The notes under the pieces are model-generated. The model was not told the DNA's origin and did no database searches. It saw only the letters and a program-made list of their open reading frames with translations. A program made the translations under genes and the position numbers. Positions 1 to 8,478 of a DNA stretch of 43,701 bases are shown piece by piece. Each line of letters opens with the position of its first letter. Position 1 is the stretch's first letter. The stretch lies in NCBI GenBank assembly GCA_027005635.1, contig JALTLI010000139.1:1-43701 (forward strand). Reading direction: 5' to 3'. The stretch comes from Alphaproteobacteria bacterium. GTDB taxonomy: Bacteria; Pseudomonadota; Alphaproteobacteria; UBA2136; JALTLI01.

Positions 1-127
1 CACGAATACGAATCTCAATTAATTTTGAAACAGCAATTTCACCATAATAATTACCATCATTTCGTATGCCAATAAATAACGCTTTTCCCGCTGTAGCAAA
101 TGTTAAATCAAATGCTATTGTATTTCC
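1..127. repeat. Exact direct repeat of 43575-43701 (circular-closure overlap or short terminal redundancy)
   Basis: Compared base by base: nt 1-127 (cacgaatacgaatctc...ctattgtatttcc) equal the last 127 nt of the window. Offset is 43,574. Confidence 0.95.
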
Positions 128-349
128 GGGGGTAATGCTATGCATTGAAGGTGCTGTAGCACCAGCAGCATAATTAGTACCTACAGGAAATTCCATATAA
201 CCGGCTGGATTGGTAATATTTAAAACATCAGATTTTGCTTCCCAATCAGCCCCAATAATAGGGGTCGGGTTGTCTCTTATGTTACCTGTCCGGTTAAATG
301 TATCTAATAGTTCATAAATTACTGGATCTACAGGATTAAAATTTTTCAT
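1..349 (-). CDS. 5' part (about 116 codons) of a 209-aa wrap-around CDS, hypothetical beta-rich late protein; continues at 43574 -> 43294
   Basis: ATG at 349-347 overlaps the TGA of the upstream ORF (ATGA). The frame stays open to nt 1 (MKNFNPVDPVIYELLDTFNRTG...SKLIEIRIR) and is in phase with ORF 43294..43554 once the 127-nt overlap is removed. Absent from the ORF track. Confidence 0.7.
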   Translation of the reverse strand, partial: MKNFNPVDPVIYELLDTFNRTGNIRDNPTPIIGADWEAKSDVLNITNPAGYMEFPVGTNYAAGATAPSMHSITPGNTIAFDLTFATAGKALFIGIRNDGNYYGEIAVSKLIEIRIR

Positions 350-780
350 AATTCTTGTACCGCCTCAAAATAAATATGTGAATCATTAGCTGTTACTTCA
401 GCACTATCTACAATAAATTCTACCTGTGTAGGCAGTTCACTTTTAGGATCAAATGAATAAATTTCATCACCATCCATTTCAATTTCCCTTCTTAACCCCA
501 CCACATTTACATCATTATGAATGGTGTTATTAAATGATAAGAAACATGAAGAAACTACAGGTGTAACCCCTGATTTTGAAATAAGTTTTACCCTTATTCC
601 TAATAACCCATTAGGAAAAAATCGAATGTATTTTGTAGGTGAAGTAACCGTACTTGGCAATTCATCTACAGACAATATACCGAAAAGATTTTGTGGTAGT
701 TTAACGTGCTTATGCTTATTTGAAGATTCAGCATCCTCTTGATTCAATATATTTTCTACTGCATTTTTTATGCTACTCAT
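346..780 (-). CDS. Hypothetical late protein (144 aa)
   Basis: ORF track. It is tightly packed after the spanins, with an 8-nt overlap upstream and an ATGA overlap downstream. No motif recognised. Confidence 0.6.
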   Translation of the reverse strand: MSSIKNAVENILNQEDAESSNKHKHVKLPQNLFGILSVDELPSTVTSPTKYIRFFPNGLLGIRVKLISKSGVTPVVSSCFLSFNNTIHNDVNVVGLRREIEMDGDEIYSFDPKSELPTQVEFIVDSAEVTANDSHIYFEAVQEL

Positions 781-1102
781 AATTTTTACCTTCTTTAGTA
801 TTGGCTCTAATTAATGTTTTAGAATATTCCTGTAGGGATATACTATATTTAAAAACCTGTTCCATGCTATAAGTAAAGTTTTCTATATCTTTTCTACTTT
901 TAAAACACATATAATTATTTACTTCTTTGTATTCCCATAATCTTAATTCAGGGGGTTGTGGTTTTGGGATAACCTGTAACAAATTCACGGGTTCTATTTT
1001 GGTAATCTTTGAACACCCGCTTAATACCAATATTATAAGACTTAACAAGCCTATCCATTGGTATTTTATTAATATCAGATTTATTAAATTTTTTAAATTC
1101 AT
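773..1102 (-). CDS. o-spanin (outer-membrane lipoprotein, Rz1-like), overlapped architecture
   Basis: N-terminal signal with lipobox 'LVLSGC', then a Pro-rich mature part (IPKPQPPEL). The start lies inside the i-spanin gene in another frame. Confidence 0.75.
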   Translation of the reverse strand: MNLKNLINLILIKYQWIGLLSLIILVLSGCSKITKIEPVNLLQVIPKPQPPELRLWEYKEVNNYMCFKSRKDIENFTYSMEQVFKYSISLQEYSKTLIRANTKEGKNYE

Positions 1103-1307
1103 TATTAGTAGCCTCTGAATATTCTATATTTAATTTTGTTACTGTTTTTCCTAATTGAAAAAGGGCTTCTTGTGTGTCTCTAACATTAGCTATTAAACTT
1201 TCATTATCCTTTTTAAGTATTGCATTTTCATTTATAAGATAATATACCCCATAAATTCCTGTAGCAATAATAGTTATTATTATAAGCCTAAATATCAGTA
1301 GATTCAT
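948..1307 (-). CDS. i-spanin (Rz-like, N-terminal TM plus coiled coil)
   Basis: TM segment 'LLIFRLIIITIIATGIYGVYYLI' followed by a charged helical region. It sits directly downstream of the holin-like gene and overlaps the lipoprotein ORF. Confidence 0.7.
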   Translation of the reverse strand: MNLLIFRLIIITIIATGIYGVYYLINENAILKKDNESLIANVRDTQEALFQLGKTVTKLNIEYSEATNNEFKKFNKSDINKIPMDRLVKSYNIGIKRVFKDYQNRTREFVTGYPKTTTP

Positions 1308-1593
1308 ACTTAAACGCCTTAATCTCTTTAACAGTAGCTAAACCCAAATATCCCAAAATAATAGAAGCATGAAAACCAGCTAACCAAATCAAAGCACTAA
1401 CCATTTGTGCTATTACTACTTGATCTTCTACTTTTACGTTTTCTACTAGAATTAAGATTTTTATTGTTATCATTGCTGTTACTATCCACATCAGTAAATA
1501 GCTTAACCATGCCATCCTTCGCCTGTTTTTCCATTTTTGATTTTCCAGTGTTAATTTCTTTTGTTCTTGATTCATACCATTCACCCACATCAA
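1288..1593 (-). CDS. Holin-like 2-TM membrane protein (start uncertain: 1593, 1575 or 1515)
   Basis: Two hydrophobic spans (MAWLSYLLMWIVTAMITIKILILV; VVIAQMVSALIWLAGFHASIILGYLGLA). Located between the amidase and the spanins. Confidence 0.55.
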   Translation of the reverse strand: MMWVNGMNQEQKKLTLENQKWKNRRRMAWLSYLLMWIVTAMITIKILILVENVKVEDQVVIAQMVSALIWLAGFHASIILGYLGLATVKEIKAFKYESTDI

Positions 1594-2011
1594 AGCATGG
1601 GCATACTTTCACCCATTCATTCTTAGTAATTTTACCATCTTTATTTTTATCGGGGCTATAATCCCTGTGACCTTTAATTTCTGATATATTGAACTGCCAT
1701 TTAAAGCCATCAACTAATAAACCTAAAGAATTAAATTGATTTTCAGTAAAATTATTTTCCGGTTTACCTTTTAAATTTAACCCGCCTATTAAACAGATAC
1801 CAATGGAATCAAAATTATGGCCTTTAACATGCGCCCCTGCTTTTTCTATTGGCCTTCCTATTTCTATTGTACCATCTGGAAGAATAACAAAATGATAACC
1901 AATATCTAACCACCCTTTAGATTTATGCCAATTTCGTATAATGTCAGCATTTACTTTTTGATTGGGTTTAGTAGCTGATGCATGAATAATAACTTTATTA
2001 ATATTTCTCAT
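1397..2011 (-). CDS. N-acetylmuramoyl-L-alanine amidase endolysin (T7-lysozyme/PGRP type) with an extra ~45-aa basic Ser/Asn-rich tail
   Basis: Motifs 'VIIHASAT', 'GYHFVI', 'SIGICLIGG', 'GHRD', 'VCPCFD' align to T7 lysozyme, including the Zn ligands. The tail 'NSSRKRKSRRSSSNS' extends past the domain. Confidence 0.85.
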   Translation of the reverse strand: MRNINKVIIHASATKPNQKVNADIIRNWHKSKGWLDIGYHFVILPDGTIEIGRPIEKAGAHVKGHNFDSIGICLIGGLNLKGKPENNFTENQFNSLGLLVDGFKWQFNISEIKGHRDYSPDKNKDGKITKNEWVKVCPCFDVGEWYESRTKEINTGKSKMEKQAKDGMVKLFTDVDSNSNDNNKNLNSSRKRKSRRSSSNSTNG

Positions 2012-2022
2012 AATTATTACCC

Positions 2023-3090
2023 TTAATAATTTTTAGCTATTGTAGCTATAAAATAAAAATAATCATTGGGATCAACTTCACATTTAACATCAATATACCT
2101 TGGATCATCTTTATTCAGATTACACGCTGAAAATTCAGCAAATCCATTTAAACCAAGTATTAAATCAGTTGTAGCCCCTGCTGCTAAAGTTAAATCATTC
2201 CAGCTCCCCCTGTTTATTCTAAATCTTAATACATAAGAAATTAATGATAAATTCTGTATTTGTATTGTTCCTTCTGTAGTTATACCTTTGATCTTAATAA
2301 AATCAGTATCTATATAATAATCACCTGCATAGTCTATTAATTTTGTAGGTGATAATTTAGAAACAATATTAACACTTGGCTTAACACCTTTTACTTTTGT
2401 ACCACCAGCATAGCTTACATATTTCAATTCTGAATTTGCACTTTTGGATGAATTACTTTCTGCCATCCCGGATAAGCCAAAAGGTAAATTATTATCATCA
2501 TCAATAAAAGATGAAATTTTAATATAATTAAAAGTATCGGATGATAGGGGTGTATCTTCATCTACCACTAATAATAAAAGTGTATCTGGTGCGGAATAGG
2601 ATACACCAACAATTTCAGCATATATATTACCTGTAGCAACACCATTTAATTTTATTCTTGATCCTAATTTATATATAGATGTTCTATTACCGGGTATGTT
2701 GATCCGTGTGGATGATACATAAACAGGGGTATCACCCATATCCACCCACATAAGATCTATATTATACAATATCCAATTTGTATTACTTTCATTCACCCCA
2801 CCATCACCTACAGGATCATTACCTGTATTGGGATTTACTATAGATTTATAAACATTTCCATCTGATCCCGTCACTAAACTATTTTTTATATACTTAGTTG
2901 AAGCATCCCATTCAGGAATGCCCCTTTCATTTACATGTTGACTAAAAACATCCTGTCTATTCAAAATCCAGTTAAAATTTTGATAAGTAGGAATTTCTGA
3001 AATCCATCCATTTTGTACTTTTGTTACCCCCGGATCTGTTTTATTTCCTGTTTCAGCCCATGCATTTAAAATATCTGGTTTAGCTGGCAT
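2023..3090 (-). CDS. Tail fibre protein
   Basis: Last structural gene after the baseplate I-like gene. The N-terminus (NAWAETGNKTDP...NFNWILNRQD...WDASTKY) resembles conserved phage fibre N-termini, and the rest is beta-rich. Confidence 0.55.
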   Translation of the reverse strand: MPAKPDILNAWAETGNKTDPGVTKVQNGWISEIPTYQNFNWILNRQDVFSQHVNERGIPEWDASTKYIKNSLVTGSDGNVYKSIVNPNTGNDPVGDGGVNESNTNWILYNIDLMWVDMGDTPVYVSSTRINIPGNRTSIYKLGSRIKLNGVATGNIYAEIVGVSYSAPDTLLLLVVDEDTPLSSDTFNYIKISSFIDDDNNLPFGLSGMAESNSSKSANSELKYVSYAGGTKVKGVKPSVNIVSKLSPTKLIDYAGDYYIDTDFIKIKGITTEGTIQIQNLSLISYVLRFRINRGSWNDLTLAAGATTDLILGLNGFAEFSACNLNKDDPRYIDVKCEVDPNDYFYFIATIAKNY

Positions 3091-3109
3091 TTTATATTAC
3101 TCCAAATTA

Positions 3110-4483
3110 TTAAGATGTTGAAAATTGAAAAACAGAACCACTACTTGAGCTAACAGTATAAAATTCTGTTCCATTATTCTTAAAAAATAAACCTTGTACT
3201 GTAGTTTCTTGTGCTGATATATCAAAAGAATCTAATAATGATGCTGTAGTAATATCCCATGCAGTTGTTAGCTTATAATGATATATGGTATCTGTATTTT
3301 GATTACAAACAAACATCTTAAACCCATCATTTCTAAAATATATATCTGATATGCCATTTATTACTGTAAATGAATCCCCGCTATAAGATGCTGTAGTAAT
3401 ATCCCATGCAGTTGCTAAATCATATTTAAAAATTTTAGTACCATTATCTGTTACAAACATTTCAAGCCCGTTAGGGTTAAATGAAATGCCTGTGGGGATA
3501 CCTGTTTCAGTAGATACACTAAATGAATTGCCACTATAAGATGCTGTAGTAATATCCCATGCAGTTGTTAAACTATATTCATATATTGAATCATTTACTG
3601 AACCTACAGTAAAAAATGTCAAACCATCATTTTTAAAATATAATCCTAAATTTACTGTATCTTGTACTGATAAATTTAACGAATTACTACTGTAGAATGC
3701 TGTACTAACATCCCATGCATTAGTTAAATTATATTCATAAACTGTTACTGTTCCGGTTACAAACATTTTAAGTCCATCAGGTGAAAATGAAATCCCCCTT
3801 GAATCTGCTAATTCAGCCGATATATCTTTAAAAACATTATTATATACTGAGTTTACTAATCGCCATGCATTGGGTATATAACTTAATTTAACACCCACAA
3901 CATCTGATAATAGATCTAATTCAGTTAATAATAAAATCTCATTAGAATTTAATTCTCTATCAAATGATAGTTGTATTTCATTTTCTGTAGAATTTATTAT
4001 TTCTAATGTATATACATGATCTATATTTAATAATGCCTTTGATGCTGAAACAATATCTTCCATTATACCGGAAGCAGAATTTTTTATTATTTTTGTTTTT
4101 ATAACTGCCCTGTATTGTGTATCGTCCAACAATGTATTACCTGTTTCATTGCTACCTTCACCACGGAAAATGCCCCCTACTGATGGATCATTAATATCAC
4201 CAAAAGAACCAACATTTACCCCCACAACACCAGCAAAACCAAAAAAAGTAAATCCACTTGCCAAAACTAATGGCCTCGGTATCCCTACAATTTTACCGAT
4301 AATATTAAGCTGTTCCCCTACTGCTGTATCAATACTTCTATTATTTAATAAATTATTAAAAACTTGATCCAATTCATCAGATCCTTTTAATAATGTTCTA
4401 ATATAATTTATTAAATTTGTAGATTCTTTAAATTGTGTGGCTAATCTACTTTCCGCAAGATCACCATGATTTATTAAACTCAT
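3110..4483 (-). CDS. Baseplate wedge/tail-fibre-attachment protein (P2 gpI / Mu gp48 position) fused to a 5-repeat beta-propeller-like domain
   Basis: Follows the J-like gene with a 4-nt overlap. The C-terminal ~250 aa consist of five 48-52-aa repeats '(T/N)AWD(I/V)(T/S)TA..S......GI.F..(D/N)G..MFV....IY.Y.L'. Confidence 0.6.
   Translation of the reverse strand: MSLINHGDLAESRLATQFKESTNLINYIRTLLKGSDELDQVFNNLLNNRSIDTAVGEQLNIIGKIVGIPRPLVLASGFTFFGFAGVVGVNVGSFGDINDPSVGGIFRGEGSNETGNTLLDDTQYRAVIKTKIIKNSASGIMEDIVSASKALLNIDHVYTLEIINSTENEIQLSFDRELNSNEILLLTELDLLSDVVGVKLSYIPNAWRLVNSVYNNVFKDISAELADSRGISFSPDGLKMFVTGTVTVYEYNLTNAWDVSTAFYSSNSLNLSVQDTVNLGLYFKNDGLTFFTVGSVNDSIYEYSLTTAWDITTASYSGNSFSVSTETGIPTGISFNPNGLEMFVTDNGTKIFKYDLATAWDITTASYSGDSFTVINGISDIYFRNDGFKMFVCNQNTDTIYHYKLTTAWDITTASLLDSFDISAQETTVQGLFFKNNGTEFYTVSSSSGSVFQFSTS
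3113..3871 (-). repeat. Five tandem coding repeats (147-153 nt) inside the gpI-like gene
   Basis: A 28-nt block gatgctgtagtaatatcccatgcagttg is perfectly repeated at 3240-3267, 3387-3414 and 3540-3567. Two more diverged copies flank these. Confidence 0.85.
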
Positions 4484-5649
4484 ATTATAGTAATCCTTGT
4501 AGTATCAAAATCCGCTTTTTCAAATTCATTTATAACTACATTTGATGTAGCTACAGGTGGAGTTACTGTATCCACTTTTAAACTGTTTACCTGTACACCT
4601 GAAACTGAATTTATAGGTATATAAAGTTCACTATAAATTACATCATCAGAAACACCATATCTTTTACCTTCGATTAAAAGCCCATTAGCAAAATCTACTA
4701 TAGCTTGTTTAACTTGTGTATCACCATCACCGGGATAATCTGATAATGGGGTTATATCCACTTCTATAAAAATATTAATAAGCGTTGGCCTTCTGAATTT
4801 TATTGCATGTGGTACATTTTGTGAATCCAATACATTGACAGTTACATTCCCATCAGTACCTATACCAATAGGTTTTTTATTAAAAATGGCTTGGGCTACT
4901 TCTGAATCAGTAGCACCTTCTACTACTGCTGAAAATGAATGTGGTGGTATTCCCAAAGCATCTACGGCTGTAGTATCATTTTCATAAATAAAAGCATCAA
5001 GCACTGTAGGTATATTTAAAATTTCTGCTAATAAGGATTCAATTTGTGCAACTGATCCAGATCCAAAGGATTTATTTCTTCTTATTCTCAATTCAGCATC
5101 AGTTTCTTCATCATCACCAATAGTAGCATCACTTGGATTAGTTACAGTATCCCATCCAGTAATAGGGGTATCAATAACAGTTAAAGTACCTGCAAAAGCA
5201 TTTACTGTACCCGATACTGAAGCTGTGGCTGTACCTGAACCAGTACCCGCCGCTATAGTAATATCAGCATCTACTACAAACTGTGCTTTAGTATCCGATG
5301 TGGAAATTAAACTACCCGCCGTTACTATTGTTCCATCTGTACCTGTCACATTTATAATAGCATTAGAAAAAGTAGCCGGTTTTCTAGTAATCCCGTTTAG
5401 TTGTACAAGGTTCGATAATGAAGCCCCCGTAGCTGCTGAAGGGTTATATGCATTGTGTACCGCTTCAGCAATTTCCCATAAATTAGCTTGTGATTCTGCT
5501 ATAACCCCATTTACCTGACCATCAGGGGATTGTGGATCTAAATTAAGATTATCACCAAAAACCGCCTTCATTTCAGCATTTAATTCAGATAATAATTGAT
5601 CTAAACGCTTTCTTTTAAAACCTGTAGAAAGTAATCCTGAATCAGACAT
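4480..5649 (-). CDS. Baseplate J-like protein (P2 gpJ / Mu gp47 type)
   Basis: 389 aa, placed between the W-like and I-like genes. The N-terminal 'GF..K....L...L...MK..FG..L......P.GQ' pattern is typical of Baseplate_J. Confidence 0.7.
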   Translation of the reverse strand: MSDSGLLSTGFKRKRLDQLLSELNAEMKAVFGDNLNLDPQSPDGQVNGVIAESQANLWEIAEAVHNAYNPSAATGASLSNLVQLNGITRKPATFSNAIINVTGTDGTIVTAGSLISTSDTKAQFVVDADITIAAGTGSGTATASVSGTVNAFAGTLTVIDTPITGWDTVTNPSDATIGDDEETDAELRIRRNKSFGSGSVAQIESLLAEILNIPTVLDAFIYENDTTAVDALGIPPHSFSAVVEGATDSEVAQAIFNKKPIGIGTDGNVTVNVLDSQNVPHAIKFRRPTLINIFIEVDITPLSDYPGDGDTQVKQAIVDFANGLLIEGKRYGVSDDVIYSELYIPINSVSGVQVNSLKVDTVTPPVATSNVVINEFEKADFDTTRITII

Positions 5650-5998
5650 TTATAGTTACCCCTTCAATTATGCCAAAGGTGGTTATGGCATCAAAGTTAA
5701 TAGTTAATTTTCTTGTATCACCATTAAATGATGATTGAAATCTGGTTAGTTTTTCTATATCAGGTGTATTTAAAATTTCTGATTTTAAAATAGCTTCTAC
5801 TTTTGCAATATCAAAAGGTTTTTTCAATATATTCTGAAAATAAGGAACACCTGCTTCAATATCTAAAAACCATTCACCCAAAAAGAATTTTAAACGGGTT
5901 CTTAAATGTTGTACTGTCTGTGCCCCTTTAGTAACAGTAGAAAATTTACCATCTTTTATAAATATATCATTATTGCTGTTTAATGCTTTACTTATCAT
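5642..5998 (-). CDS. Small baseplate wedge protein (gpW/gp25 position)
   Basis: 118 aa, immediately after the spike gene and overlapping the J-like gene by 8 nt. Carries a 'LGEWFLD...G.PYF' motif. Confidence 0.5.
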   Translation of the reverse strand: MISKALNSNNDIFIKDGKFSTVTKGAQTVQHLRTRLKFFLGEWFLDIEAGVPYFQNILKKPFDIAKVEAILKSEILNTPDIEKLTRFQSSFNGDTRKLTINFDAITTFGIIEGVTINV

Positions 5999-6010
5999 AA
6001 CAATACCTTT

Positions 6011-6709
6011 TTAACTAGGTGGATCTGATTCTTGAGGGGAAGATCCAGTTCCAGCACCTATATACCCATGTGTATGGTTTTTTAAACTGATACCGCCACC
6101 TATAACATCCGTGGCTGCTGTTATGGTATCAGTGCTTGTTATGGTTCCATCTACATCCACATTACCATTTACCTGAAGCCCCCCATTAACTGTAAGTGTG
6201 TTGGTGTCTATTTGCATTGATCCATCAGCTTTTAATATTAATTTATTATCATTGGCTTCATTACGAATAGTTAAATTATTTGAATCATAATTATTTAACG
6301 CTTTTGGATTAGTCCTTAGCCCCATTAAAACCATCCCATCAGATAAATCATGAAACCGTTTATCATTGGGTTTTCTAATATCACCAAATTTCAGCCAATT
6401 ATCAATAGATCTTTCACTAAAAACTATTAAACAATCATCCCCTTTAGCTATTGGGAGTGTAATACTAAACCCCCCGGCTGTAGGAAAACACACAGGCACA
6501 TTAATCAATAAAGGTAAATTAACTGTTTCACCATCTACAAAAACACGTTTAATAGCTGGCTGTACTGTGCATGTCTGGGTAGATGGATCAAAAGTATCTA
6601 CTACTCCCGGCATAGCCGTGTGTAGCTCTTTAAGGGCATTAGTTACCGCCTGCTGTGTCAATGCTTCAAGTGATGGAAGCCCTTGTTTAGCTCTATTATC
6701 CTGACTCAT
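6011..6709 (-). CDS. Baseplate spike / assembly protein V (Mu gp45-like)
   Basis: 'PLLINVPVCFPTAGGFSITLPIAKGDDCLIVFSERSIDNW...RFHDLSDGMVLMG' matches the gpV/Mu gp45 OB-fold core. I prefer the ATG at 6709, which forms an ATGA overlap with the upstream stop, over the track start at 6739. Confidence 0.75.
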   Translation of the reverse strand: MSQDNRAKQGLPSLEALTQQAVTNALKELHTAMPGVVDTFDPSTQTCTVQPAIKRVFVDGETVNLPLLINVPVCFPTAGGFSITLPIAKGDDCLIVFSERSIDNWLKFGDIRKPNDKRFHDLSDGMVLMGLRTNPKALNNYDSNNLTIRNEANDNKLILKADGSMQIDTNTLTVNGGLQVNGNVDVDGTITSTDTITAATDVIGGGISLKNHTHGYIGAGTGSSPQESDPPS

Positions 6710-7554
6710 ACACTTACACCTACTATAGCTGAACTCCATTCATCCCCATGTGTATCACCTACATGGGTTATTTTCCGTATCTTATAAATGCCTTCACCTG
6801 CTGTTTTTTTAATGTCTCTAAAATTCAAATCACCTAATGAAATATTTTGTGTTAATGATTCTATTTTTATTTTTCCATTAGGAATATATTCTGGATTCAA
6901 TAATGATTTAACATCAGCCCCTATTTCTGTGATTGTTGGACTACCTATCATGCCTGTGGATGCCGTTATTAAAAAAGTTCTATCAAGTGTTTTATCTTTA
7001 GATATTATATTTAATTCACCGTTATTAATAGACCATTCAAAATTATTTTCCTGTGCATACTGATCAAGTATATCTTTACTACTCCCACTTAAAGATACAC
7101 CTTGTAATTTATCACCTAAATTATCAAGCCCTTCTATACTCCCTTTAACAGTATCTTTAAAAGTATCAATAACACTTTCTATAATTTGTTTTACAGTTGT
7201 TCCTTCCTTAAAGGTAATATTTGTTTTTGCTGTATCAAAATCTTTAGCTCCATCATGTGCATATATAGTAGTAATCATATCTACACCTTGTTTTATATGT
7301 GTTACATTTCTAATCTGGCCTTTGAATAATAATTTAACATTATTTTCATATCCTGCATTTAAAATTATATTTTCTAATTCATCTTGTATTCTATCCCGTG
7401 TAAATTTAGATAAATTAAAAATTTCCAATTTAGCTAAATTAGGATAACCTGTTAAATCCTTTGTTATTTCAAATTTTAATCGCAAGCCAGTTATACGGAT
7501 ACCTGCAAGATCACCTATTAACAGTTCATAATCTCTTTTATACTGTAATGGCAT
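6706..7554 (-). CDS. Baseplate hub-like protein (gpD / Mu gp44 position)
   Basis: 282 aa between the post-TMP genes and the spike. Assigned by synteny only. Confidence 0.45.
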   Translation of the reverse strand: MPLQYKRDYELLIGDLAGIRITGLRLKFEITKDLTGYPNLAKLEIFNLSKFTRDRIQDELENIILNAGYENNVKLLFKGQIRNVTHIKQGVDMITTIYAHDGAKDFDTAKTNITFKEGTTVKQIIESVIDTFKDTVKGSIEGLDNLGDKLQGVSLSGSSKDILDQYAQENNFEWSINNGELNIISKDKTLDRTFLITASTGMIGSPTITEIGADVKSLLNPEYIPNGKIKIESLTQNISLGDLNFRDIKKTAGEGIYKIRKITHVGDTHGDEWSSAIVGVSV

Positions 7555-7861
7555 TATCTATTTCTTCCTGTGTAGCATGAACTAAAACTACTCTTTCCCC
7601 AATATCAAAAGCTGTAGCATCTATATTAGTTTGCTCTAAATCAACCATAAATAAAACACCTAGCCCTAAATTAAATTGTTTAATTATATCCGTTCCTAAA
7701 ACCATGCTTATACCCGAAGCAATTTCTACATTGTTTTTAATCAAATCAAAAGACCAATTATTAAAACGTGAATTATATAATGTTCTAAATTCATAAGTTT
7801 CGCTCAGAATCTCAATCTGAAATACTGCTGAATAATTTTTAGATAAAGGTATAATGTTCAT
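7538..7861 (-). CDS. Tail/baseplate assembly protein, hypothetical
   Basis: 107-aa ORF packed between tail genes. No motif recognised. Confidence 0.45.
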   Translation of the reverse strand: MNIIPLSKNYSAVFQIEILSETYEFRTLYNSRFNNWSFDLIKNNVEIASGISMVLGTDIIKQFNLGLGVLFMVDLEQTNIDATAFDIGERVVLVHATQEEIDNAITV

Positions 7862-8476
7862 CTAACCACCTATGCTTTTTGCAATACTAAATAGAACACT
7901 TTCATTTTTTGGTGATTGTAACTGTTTCCTTCCTTCATCTATCGGACTTGATCCCTGCTGCTGTGTTTTATCAGCTTCTAATGTTTCTACAGGAAAATCT
8001 ATTTCTTTAGTAGATGCAATTATTATTTCAGTTATTTTAGCAGTAAAGAATATAGCTTTTGAATTATCTTTATTTTGGGTAACAGAAATATTTGAAATCA
8101 GCATATTGTTATACTGTTTCAAACCTGTTTGAATATTAATAGGTTCCCTTGCTTCTTGTAACGCTATAAGAGCATCATAGGCCGATTGTGAACGGGTTCT
8201 GCTATCTTCTGAACTACTTCCAAAGAAGCCGGACTGTGTAAATGTATTGCCTATATTTGAAATAACACCTAAACCAAATAAGGGGGAATCAGTTACTACT
8301 CCTTCTAATGTGTATTCTTTTGGTTCTATAATCGCATGATCATTAATATCAGCCCCAAGTTCTACAGGGTTTTTTGTGATTCGTACAGTAGAAGATGTGG
8401 TTTCACTTATAACAGCATCAAGGGTTATATCACCTATTTGTTTATTGGATCTGATTAATAAGTTTTCAAAAGCCAT
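7862..8476 (-). CDS. Tail/baseplate protein following the tape measure (Mu gp43 position)
   Basis: 204 aa, starting 2 nt after the TMP stop. Assigned by synteny only. Confidence 0.45.
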   Translation of the reverse strand: MAFENLLIRSNKQIGDITLDAVISETTSSTVRITKNPVELGADINDHAIIEPKEYTLEGVVTDSPLFGLGVISNIGNTFTQSGFFGSSSEDSRTRSQSAYDALIALQEAREPINIQTGLKQYNNMLISNISVTQNKDNSKAIFFTAKITEIIIASTKEIDFPVETLEADKTQQQGSSPIDEGRKQLQSPKNESVLFSIAKSIGG

Positions 8477-8478
8477 TT

